DNA from: Candidatus Woesearchaeota archaeon
Lineage (GTDB): Archaea; Nanobdellota; Nanobdellia; Woesearchaeales; GW2011-AR15
Assembly (NCBI GenBank): GCA_038874655.1
Contig: JAVZBY010000007.1
Location: 14,609-24,812 of the forward strand
Reading direction: 5' to 3'
Length of the DNA stretch: 10,204 bases
How positions within the stretch are numbered: the first letter of the stretch is position 1; every line of letters starts with the position of its first letter. A program made the translations under genes and the position numbers. Below, in pieces: positions 1 to 7,092 of this stretch. The notes beneath the pieces were generated by a model. That model had not been told where the DNA came from and ran no database searches. It saw only the letters and a program-made list of their open reading frames with translations.

Positions 1-383
1 AGACAAATAATGAAATTAAAGCTTTAACTGAAACATCAAGTTTAATGGAACCTTTTAATAAAGAAGATATTGAAATAATAAAAGAATTAAATTTTAAACC
101 TACTTTATCTAATACATTCACATTAAAAAAATTCATTTATGCAAGAGTTAAAGAAACAAATTCAACATATACAGATGATTTTTTTACGATGGCAGTAATT
201 TCTTACAATTCACCTAAAAATTATTATACTAATTTAATTAAAAGACTAAATCTAAAATACTTAATAACCCTTAAAACTGATCTACAATCTCTAAAAAATT
301 TAGAAAGAATAAAATCAAAATATGATGGAGATATGAATCAAATATATAGTAATAATAAATTTTATTTACATACTTTTAATTAG
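1..383 (+). CDS. 3' part of a gene truncated by the window edge; possibly the extracytoplasmic C-terminal domain of a GT-C/STT3-like membrane glycosyltransferase
   Basis: The frame of the 45..383 ORF is open back to base 3 (TNNEIKALTETSSLMEPF...), so Met45 is probably internal. The C-terminal pattern LIKRLNLKYLI...NQIYSNNKFYLH resembles the 'lk.y.i.YI ... iY.N..v.iy' ending of GT-C-associated domains. It lies directly upstream of a GT4 gene. The product is weak inference. Confidence 0.45.
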   Translation, partial: TNNEIKALTETSSLMEPFNKEDIEIIKELNFKPTLSNTFTLKKFIYARVKETNSTYTDDFFTMAVISYNSPKNYYTNLIKRLNLKYLITLKTDLQSLKNLERIKSKYDGDMNQIYSNNKFYLHTFN

Positions 384-391
384 GATTTAAA

Positions 392-1444
392 ATGAAAATT
401 CTACTTTTATCATCAACTGTTCCAGAATATACAAAAAGTTTATTCTTAGCTTTAAAAAAAATAAATAAAGATACTTATCTAATATATTTAAATCAAGGAG
501 AAAGAGGTATTTTTGAGGATATAGAAAATTTAATAAAAATAAATAGACCTAAAATTAGATCTATAAAAAACATATTTTTACTTTTAAATTTAAAAAAAAT
601 AATTAACAATATTAAACCAGATATAATACACATTCAAATTAGCTATCCTTGGTTTTTATTATTATTACCTTTTATTAAATGTAAAAAAATATTTACTAAA
701 CATGATGTTTATAAACATCCTGGTGATGTAGATAAATCTTTTTATTTCAATGAATTTTCTATAATGCACCAATCAAATGGAATAATAGTCCATAGTTCTA
801 AATTAAAAGAAGAACTAAGAAAAAAAAATATAAAACAACCTATATATGTAATTCCACATGGCAATTTCTCTATATACAAACCAAAAAAAATATACAAAGA
901 AAAAAAGAATCATATTTTATTCTTTGGCAGGATTTATGAATATAAAGGATTAAAATATTTAATTGAAGCAGAACCATTGATTAAAGACAAGATTAAAGAT
1001 TTTAAAATAGTTATTGCAGGAAAAGGTGAAGATTTTTCAAAATATGAAAAGATGATAAAAAATAAGGATAGTTTTATTATACATAATAGATATATTCCTG
1101 ATGAAGAAATGATGAAATTATTTCAAGAATCTAGTGTGGTTGTTTTGCCTTATATAGAAGCAAGTCAAAGTGGGGTTATTCCCTTAGCATATCAATTTAA
1201 AAAACCTGTTATTGCAACAGATGTTGGTGCTTTATCAGATGTAGTGATTAACAAAAAAACAGGTTTATTAATTGAGCCAAAAAATGTAAAATTATTAGCA
1301 GATTCAATAATTTATATACTAACTCACCCAAAAGAAAGAAAAAAAATGGGAAAGGAGGGGTATAAATTTGCTCAAAAAGAACTTTCTTGGGATAAAATTG
1401 CAAAAAAAACAATAGAGGCATATAAAGATGTTCTCAACAATTAA
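392..1444 (+). CDS. GT-B fold glycosyltransferase family 4 (Glycos_transf_1)
   Basis: Motifs MKILLL, KPDIIHIQ, VIPHG, ILFFGRIYEYKGLKYLIEA, LPYIEASQSGV, KPVIATDVGAL, TGLLIEP and SWDKIA are typical of GT4. The SQSG variant replaces the usual E-x7-E. Confidence 0.93.
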   Translation: MKILLLSSTVPEYTKSLFLALKKINKDTYLIYLNQGERGIFEDIENLIKINRPKIRSIKNIFLLLNLKKIINNIKPDIIHIQISYPWFLLLLPFIKCKKIFTKHDVYKHPGDVDKSFYFNEFSIMHQSNGIIVHSSKLKEELRKKNIKQPIYVIPHGNFSIYKPKKIYKEKKNHILFFGRIYEYKGLKYLIEAEPLIKDKIKDFKIVIAGKGEDFSKYEKMIKNKDSFIIHNRYIPDEEMMKLFQESSVVVLPYIEASQSGVIPLAYQFKKPVIATDVGALSDVVINKKTGLLIEPKNVKLLADSIIYILTHPKERKKMGKEGYKFAQKELSWDKIAKKTIEAYKDVLNN

Positions 1445-2603
1445 AAAAACTACTTATTTAACAATATCCAATATTCTTATTAGACTATCCTCTGTTCTTT
1501 TTTTCATCATCTTAGCCCGTTCTCTCTCAGTCTCCAACTATGGCTCTTTCCGTTATCTTTTAACTTTATCAATGATGATTGGTTTATTTTTCACAGGAAT
1601 TCCAACTGCTTTAACTAAATACTTAAGTGAAAAGAAAGATCACAGCTATACATCAACATCTTTATTTTTAATGTCTTTTATATTCATAATTTTACTAATC
1701 CCAAGTTTATTTTATGATTATAGATTATCTTTATTCCTTTTTGCATTATTAGTTGATGCATTTTATTTAGGCTTCATAAGAGGCTTATTAAATTACATAA
1801 AATTAGCTGGTTTTAAGTTATTAGAAAATATTATTCAATTAATTATTCTAATAGTAAGTTATATTTTATTAAAAGAAATTAATTTTGATTTTGCAGTTAT
1901 TTTTTACAGCTTTTCAGGAATTTTATCATTAATTATCTTTGAAATAATAAAACCAGAAATAAAACTTACAAAAATAGATAAACAAAAAATAAAACAAATA
2001 ATAACTTATACAATTCCAGTTACATTAGGCTCAATTGGATGGACACTTATGTTTGGTATTAATTCTATTTTTATAAAAATGTTTCATGATACAGAGCAAT
2101 TAGGATATTTTAGTGTTGGAACAACAATAGTTCAAGTATTTACATTTTTGCCTGAGGCAATAACCACAATCCTAATGCCTAAAACATCTTCTTTAAAAGA
2201 CAAAAGCAAATTAAAAAAACCATTGAAATTAGCAATACTAGGAACAATAATAACATCAACAATAGGATTAATACTTTTATTAATCCTAAACAAATTTTTA
2301 ATTACATTACTATTCGGAGAAAAATATATAAAAACTAGTTTAATAATATTACCCTTATCATTAGGCCAAATCTTTATTTCATTACATCAAATCTATGCTT
2401 CTATTTTCCAAGGCCTTAACAAACCCCAAATCCCCTCAACAACAATCTCAATAGCAGCATTCTTAAACATCATAGGCTCTTACTTCTTAACAAAAAATTA
2501 TGGAATATTAGGTTCATCAATCTCTAATGCAATCACTTCTTTTATTGCATTAATCATAATCTTAATAATTTTCAAAAAAGATTTTCAAAAATTTTTTATC
2601 TAA
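1428..2603 (+). CDS. Wzx/MOP-superfamily polysaccharide flippase
   Basis: About 12 hydrophobic segments. Motifs LARSLSVSNYG, GIPTALTKYLSE, LGYFSVG, FQGLNKP, NIIGSYFLTKNYGILGS are typical of Wzx flippases. It overlaps the GT4 stop by 17 nt, consistent with an operon. Confidence 0.88.
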   Translation: MFSTIKKTTYLTISNILIRLSSVLFFIILARSLSVSNYGSFRYLLTLSMMIGLFFTGIPTALTKYLSEKKDHSYTSTSLFLMSFIFIILLIPSLFYDYRLSLFLFALLVDAFYLGFIRGLLNYIKLAGFKLLENIIQLIILIVSYILLKEINFDFAVIFYSFSGILSLIIFEIIKPEIKLTKIDKQKIKQIITYTIPVTLGSIGWTLMFGINSIFIKMFHDTEQLGYFSVGTTIVQVFTFLPEAITTILMPKTSSLKDKSKLKKPLKLAILGTIITSTIGLILLLILNKFLITLLFGEKYIKTSLIILPLSLGQIFISLHQIYASIFQGLNKPQIPSTTISIAAFLNIIGSYFLTKNYGILGSSISNAITSFIALIIILIIFKKDFQKFFI

Positions 2604-2610
2604 AAACCTT

Positions 2611-2626
2611 GAAAACTTTTATAAAT
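2611..2626 (+). promoter_or_regulatory. Putative archaeal BRE/TATA promoter of the archaeosortase gene
   Basis: GAAAACTTTTATAAAT: an A-rich BRE-like run, then TTTATAAA (2618-2625) ending 22 nt before ATG 2648. Confidence 0.6.
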
Positions 2627-2647
2627 AAAAATATTTAACATTAAACA

Positions 2648-3625
2648 ATGCAAAAAAATTTTAAGATTTTTCTAAAAACTTCTATTTTTTTTATTATTTT
2701 TGTTCTATCAATTTCTTTATTTATTCAAGTTTATTTCTCAAAAACAGAATTTTATAAAAATTATTTAACAATTCCGAAAGATTTTTCCATAGAGCCGCCA
2801 AATTTTAGAACAAATTTTATAAGCGGTTTATTCATAGGATTTATTGCTTTTTTGATACTTAGCTATGATAAATTAAAAAACATAAAACAACCAAAAACAA
2901 GTTTTAAATTATTTATTTTACCTGTTGTTTTTATAATCTCACAATATCTATTAAAATACACAATTTCACAAAACTTAGACTTTTTTTTGCAAAGCCCTAA
3001 ATTATGGGGGTTTTTAAGATTTTTTATTAACCTGCTTTTTGTAAGTTCTACGGCATTAGCTTTTTATGGGATTGATTTTATTAAATATTTTTTTAAGAAA
3101 TTTAAAAAAGAGGTTTTTATTTTTTTTACATTAAGTATTTTATTCTTTTTTATTATATTGTTATTCCAAAATTTATGGCTTTTTTTATCTTCACTAATAA
3201 GCAAAATACTCTATGTTTTTTTCAAATTATTTTTTAAAGATATTATTTATCAAGAATTTGTTTCTGTTTCCAGTATGTCCGAAGGTGGGGGTCCTTTGTT
3301 AGGAATAAAAAATTTTTCTGCAGTCATAGGAAAACCCTGTTCTGGAATAGATTCTTTGTTATATTTTAGTGCAATTTTTACTCTGATTATTTTTGTTGAT
3401 AGAAAGAGATTGAAAAAAATTCCAACAACAATAGCTTTTATCTTAGGGTTAATAGGAATGTTTATAACTAATATGATTAGAATCTTACTTTTATTTATAA
3501 TAGGTGCTTATCTCTCGCCAAATTTTGCTTTGGGAATGTTTCATAATAATATTGGCTGGATTTTATTTATAGTTTATTTTTATGTCTTTTTCAAAATAGC
3601 AAGGAAGTTTATATATAATAATTAA
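2648..3625 (+). CDS. Exosortase/archaeosortase family membrane cysteine transpeptidase
   Basis: Multi-pass membrane protein with the family triad in the expected contexts: Cys231 (VIGKPCSGIDS), Arg278 (NMIRILLL), His299 (FHNNIGW). It sits in a glycosylation locus, as is established for exosortases. Confidence 0.9.
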   Translation: MQKNFKIFLKTSIFFIIFVLSISLFIQVYFSKTEFYKNYLTIPKDFSIEPPNFRTNFISGLFIGFIAFLILSYDKLKNIKQPKTSFKLFILPVVFIISQYLLKYTISQNLDFFLQSPKLWGFLRFFINLLFVSSTALAFYGIDFIKYFFKKFKKEVFIFFTLSILFFFIILLFQNLWLFLSSLISKILYVFFKLFFKDIIYQEFVSVSSMSEGGGPLLGIKNFSAVIGKPCSGIDSLLYFSAIFTLIIFVDRKRLKKIPTTIAFILGLIGMFITNMIRILLLFIIGAYLSPNFALGMFHNNIGWILFIVYFYVFFKIARKFIYNN

Positions 3626-3633
3626 GCAATGTT

Positions 3634-4017
3634 TTAAACCCTAATCCAATACTTATGGAATAAATTTGAGTTATAAGAAATTAAACCTAATATAGAATAG
3701 CAAAGTGCTCCTAAACAACCAAATAAAATATCATTATAACTGAAAACTCTATAAGTAGTTTGTGCTTGTAATATTTCAATAACAAAAGCAATAAAAAAAG
3801 AATACAAAAAGCTTAAAGTGAAAGGTGCAGGCAAACTAATTTTTTCATGTACTAATATCAAACTTAAAAAAAATGATAACCCAAAAAATGCAATAAAATG
3901 CATATGATAACCACTGCTTATTATTCTTAAAGAATTATCTACTTTTGAAAGAGCGAAATAAAAAAGAGCTATATTTGCAGTAATGAATAGAAACAATGCT
4001 AAGTATAATCTTTTCAT
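3634..4017 (-). CDS. VanZ-like family membrane protein
   Basis: 127 aa with about 4 TM segments. Motifs HFIAFFGL and IEILQAQTTYRVFSYNDILFGCLG match the VanZ pattern H..F..L / E..Q....R..s..D....G. Confidence 0.82.
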   Translation of the reverse strand: MKRLYLALFLFITANIALFYFALSKVDNSLRIISSGYHMHFIAFFGLSFFLSLILVHEKISLPAPFTLSFLYSFFIAFVIEILQAQTTYRVFSYNDILFGCLGALCYSILGLISYNSNLFHKYWIRV

Positions 4018-4059
4018 TTAGAACAAAAAAATTAAAAAAATAATAATTTAAATAATTTT

Positions 4060-4179
4060 TTATTTTTTTCTTAAAAGTACAAATAATCCTGCAACACCTA
4101 AATTTTTCCATTGATTATTTTTCCATTTATATTTTGCTACTGTAATTAACGCATTATTATATATTTTTAAGTAGTAACT
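4060..4179 (-). pseudogene. Start-less 39-codon frame ending in a sortase-substrate-like C-terminal tail (possible gene remnant)
   Basis: The minus frame reads SYYLKIYNNALITVAKYKWKNNQWKNLGVAGLFVLLRKK* with no in-frame ATG/GTG/TTG. It ends in a hydrophobic Gly/Ala-rich stretch plus basic RKK, followed by T-tracts. The first codons overlap the transketolase 3' end. Confidence 0.35.
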
Positions 4180-5119
4180 TTATTTCTTTGATTATTCTTT
4201 TTTCATTTAATTCATATTTTTCTAATAAGTCATTAGCATTTCCAGATTCTCCAAATTTATCTTCCATACCTATAATCTTCAATCTTTTAGGATTGTATTG
4301 ACTTAGTATTTCAGAAACAGCGCTTCCTAATCCACCATAAATTTGATGTTCTTCTGCAGTAATTATTGCTTTTGTTTCTTTTGCTGCTTTAATAATTTCT
4401 TCTGAATCAATTGGTTTTATTGTATGCATATTTACAACCCTGAGAGAAATATTTTCTTTTTCAAGAATTTCAGATGCTAACAAAGCATAATAAACCATTA
4501 TTCCTGTTGCTATAATAGTTATATCTTTTCCATCTCTCATTACTATTGATTTTCCTATTTTAAACTCATTATTTTTGTAATAATCAGATGTTAATACTGG
4601 AATTTTTTCTCTTCCTAATCTTAAATAAAAAGGACCATATTCTTTTGCAATTGTATAAGTTGCTTTTTCAGCTTCAATTGCATCACAAGGAACAATAATT
4701 TTTAAGTTTGGCAATGCTCTTAACATTGCTATATCTTCCATCATTTGATGTGTGGCTCCATCTGGGCCTACAGTTAAACCAGCATGTGTTGCTATTAACT
4801 TTACATTCAAGTTAGAATAACAAACACTTTGTCTTATTTGATCGTAGCATCTTCCTGGTAAAAATGAAGCAAAAGCAGTTGCAAAAGGAATTTTTTTTGT
4901 CAATGCTAATCCAGCAGAAACTCCAATCATGTTTGCTTCTGCTATACCTGTTTCAATATATCTATCAGGATACTTTTTTTTAAAGTCAAATGCTTTTGTA
5001 CTATCGCCAACACTTGCAGATAAAACATAAATATTCTTTCCAATAAAAGGATCATTACCTAAATTAACAATTGCTTTTCCAAATCCATCTCTTGTTGCAA
5101 TCTTTTCTTTTATTTCCAT
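4157..5119 (-). CDS. Transketolase, C-terminal subunit (pyrimidine-binding and C-terminal domains)
   Basis: Motifs ATRDGFG, GIAEANMIGVSAGLA, YDQIRQSV, VGPDGATHQ, PFYLRLGR, TIKPID, AEEHQIYGGLGSAVSE, DKFGESG. Confidence 0.95.
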   Translation of the reverse strand: MEIKEKIATRDGFGKAIVNLGNDPFIGKNIYVLSASVGDSTKAFDFKKKYPDRYIETGIAEANMIGVSAGLALTKKIPFATAFASFLPGRCYDQIRQSVCYSNLNVKLIATHAGLTVGPDGATHQMMEDIAMLRALPNLKIIVPCDAIEAEKATYTIAKEYGPFYLRLGREKIPVLTSDYYKNNEFKIGKSIVMRDGKDITIIATGIMVYYALLASEILEKENISLRVVNMHTIKPIDSEEIIKAAKETKAIITAEEHQIYGGLGSAVSEILSQYNPKRLKIIGMEDKFGESGNANDLLEKYELNEKRIIKEIKLLLKNI

Positions 5120-5124
5120 ATTAA

Positions 5125-5130
5125 CCCCTC
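5125..5130 (-). promoter_or_regulatory. Shine-Dalgarno-like site for the downstream transketolase subunit
   Basis: The minus strand reads GAGGGG-TTAAT-ATG(5119). This is the only G-rich patch in the 13-nt gap, consistent with an internal cistron of an operon. Confidence 0.6.
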
Positions 5131-5132
5131 AA

Positions 5133-6011
5133 TTATAATTTTTCAATTTCTTCTAATGCCTTTTTCATTTCATCATCATTTGGAGCTTTTCCATGCCATT
5201 CATAATTATTTTCAATAAATGAAACACCTTTTCCCATTGTTGTTTTGAATATTATAACATTAGGTTTTTCATTTTTTTCAGAATTTTTGCTTGCTTCTAT
5301 AAATGCTTTTTCAATTTCATTTAAATTATGACCATCAGATTCTATAACATTAAAACCAAAAGCTTCAAATTTTTTATTTAATGGCTCTAATGAAAGCATT
5401 TCCTCTGTTTTTCCAGATTGTTGAACAAAATTTCTGTCAATGAAAACAATTAAGTTATTTAATTTGTAGTGAGAAGCAAACATAAATGATTCCCAAACAG
5501 AACCTTCTTGGAGTTCACCATCACCCATAGAAACATAGATTTTACTTTTCTTTTTATCTCTTTTATAGCTTAATGCTAAACCAACAGCAACTGAAATTCC
5601 TTGTCCTAAACTGCCAGTTGAAACTTCTGCAAATTCAAAGTCATGATTAACAGGATGTCCTTGTAATCTTGAATTTATTTGTCTTAATGTTAATAATTCT
5701 TCTTTTTTTATAAAACCTTTTTCTGCTAAAGTAGCATACCAAACAGGGCATATATGTCCGTTAGATAAAATAAATCTATCTCTATCTTCTATTTTTAGAT
5801 TATGTATGTTTTTTAATATCTTGAAATACAATACAGAAAAAACATCTGTCATTCCAAGAGAGCCACCAGTATGGCCGCTTTTTGCTTTGTTAAGCATGAT
5901 TATTATATTTTTTCTTATGCTTTTTGTTATCTCCTTTAAATTACTATTATCAAATTGCTTTTTTTTCTCACTAATTTTAGTATTAGAATTCTTTTTATTA
6001 TTTTTTTTCAT
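5133..6011 (-). CDS. Transketolase, N-terminal (TPP-binding) subunit
   Basis: Motifs SGHTGGSLG, DRDRFILSNGH, LQGHP, STGSLGQG, TPP-binding GDGELQEG...DRN, DGHN, TTMGKG, WHGKAP. Confidence 0.95.
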   Translation of the reverse strand: MKKNNKKNSNTKISEKKKQFDNSNLKEITKSIRKNIIIMLNKAKSGHTGGSLGMTDVFSVLYFKILKNIHNLKIEDRDRFILSNGHICPVWYATLAEKGFIKKEELLTLRQINSRLQGHPVNHDFEFAEVSTGSLGQGISVAVGLALSYKRDKKKSKIYVSMGDGELQEGSVWESFMFASHYKLNNLIVFIDRNFVQQSGKTEEMLSLEPLNKKFEAFGFNVIESDGHNLNEIEKAFIEASKNSEKNEKPNVIIFKTTMGKGVSFIENNYEWHGKAPNDDEMKKALEEIEKL

Positions 6012-6020
6012 AAATCAATT

Positions 6021-6047
6021 AAAATTATAAATCTATAAAAGTTTTTT
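6021..6047. promoter_or_regulatory. Interlocked divergent TATA-type promoters (MazG on +, transketolase on -)
   Basis: Plus strand: AAAATTATAAAT at 6021-6032, ending 21 nt before ATG 6054. Minus strand: AAAAAACTTTTATAG at 6047-6033, ending 21 nt before ATG 6011. Confidence 0.5.
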
Positions 6048-6053
6048 GTTTAT

Positions 6054-6428
6054 ATGAAAGAATTTGATGAGTTTTTTTCACTAGTGCAAAAAAGCATTAA
6101 ACTTGATCCTTGGGCAAAGAACAAAAAAACAATTGGCTATTGTAAAGAAATAATTAATGAATCAAATGAATTAATTGAAGCAATACAAAAAAATGACCTT
6201 GCAAACATAAAAGAAGAATTAGGAGATATTTTATATGATTGGCTTCATGCTATTGCTTATTCAAAGGAAGAATATAATATCGAGATTAATGAAATTATTA
6301 ATTTAGCTAAAAACAAATTAAAACATAGAAAACCTTATTTATTAGAAAATAAAGAAGTAAGCTTAGAGGAATCTTTAAGAATATGGAAAGAACAAAAGCA
6401 GAAAGAAAAAAATCAAAAGAAACTTTAA
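6054..6428 (+). CDS. mazG: Single-domain MazG-like nucleotide pyrophosphohydrolase
   Basis: DPW, EIINESNELIEAI, IKEELGDILY, KLKHRKPY and W.EQKQKEK match the MazG N-terminal domain with its acidic E..E...E..D metal-binding residues. Confidence 0.88.
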   Translation: MKEFDEFFSLVQKSIKLDPWAKNKKTIGYCKEIINESNELIEAIQKNDLANIKEELGDILYDWLHAIAYSKEEYNIEINEIINLAKNKLKHRKPYLLENKEVSLEESLRIWKEQKQKEKNQKKL

Positions 6429-7054
6429 ACAAAGCACATCAACAATTTAATCAAAAGAGTATTTTTGATAGACTATGGTTTAAAAATTTGATATATGATA
6501 AAAATAAAATAAGAAAATTTCTTATCACATTATTAGTAATATTTACATTATTATTTTTATTAGGGATTCATAAAAAAATTATATACTTATTTGTTTTTTT
6601 TATATTTTTTTTTATAAATTTTTTATTTGCATTCTTTAAAAGATTTTTTTTTAGGTTTGGGATTGCAAAATATTTATACGGAATAGAAATTGTTATGTTT
6701 TCAACTGTAATGATTAGTTATTTTTATGGCTCTACAATTGGTTCTATCAGCGGTGCTTTTTTTATGATAATCAATTATTTGTCTGAGAGAAGATTTTCAA
6801 AATTTTTTATTATTACTCTGCCTCTTTACTATGTAATCGGATTAACAGCATACTATTTTAAAAGTTATGATATAAGATTAGTAGGTATTATTTACTCAAT
6901 TTTTTATAACATCTTATCTAATTTTCTTTCAAGAATTTTAGAGCCTAATATTAAGTCATTGTTTGTTTTTAACTTAATTAATTTTTTGTTTAATTTTTTT
7001 ATTTTTATGAGTTTATCAAAAAATGTATATGACTTATTGAATTTGATATTATAA
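6383..7054 (+). CDS. Integral membrane protein, ECF S-component-like
   Basis: About 6-7 TM segments. GIEIVMFSTVMISYFYGSTIGSISG resembles the 'G..G...G' helix-2/3 signature of ECF S-components. The start is uncertain because of a 46-nt overlap with MazG. Confidence 0.5.
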   Translation: MERTKAERKKSKETLNKAHQQFNQKSIFDRLWFKNLIYDKNKIRKFLITLLVIFTLLFLLGIHKKIIYLFVFFIFFFINFLFAFFKRFFFRFGIAKYLYGIEIVMFSTVMISYFYGSTIGSISGAFFMIINYLSERRFSKFFIITLPLYYVIGLTAYYFKSYDIRLVGIIYSIFYNILSNFLSRILEPNIKSLFVFNLINFLFNFFIFMSLSKNVYDLLNLIL

Positions 7055-7092
7055 AATAATTTAATTTTTGATTTTTCTAACTAATATTATTA

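Noticed and set aside
45-383. Treating Met45 as the true start of a 112-aa protein
   Set aside because: The frame is open to the window edge, so the gene most likely starts upstream.
4034-4069. Inverted repeat AAAAAAATAA...TTATTTTTTT
   Set aside because: Pure A/T and low complexity, so expected by chance here. It may contribute to termination but cannot be supported as a distinct element.
3935-4111. Minus-strand ATG-initiated frame MEKFRCCRIICTFKKK... (about 58 aa)
   Set aside because: It runs through low-complexity A/T tracts and overlaps the VanZ-like gene out of frame, with no recognisable protein features.
4157-6011. Transketolase in two ORFs as a frameshift or pseudogene
   Set aside because: Two-subunit transketolases are established in archaea and many bacteria. 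Both halves have intact motifs and the second has its own SD-like site.
5806-6030. 74-aa plus-strand ORF in the track
   Set aside because: It lies almost entirely antisense to the well-supported transketolase N-terminal gene. Its hydrophobic Phe/Leu content simply mirrors the A-rich codons on the other strand.
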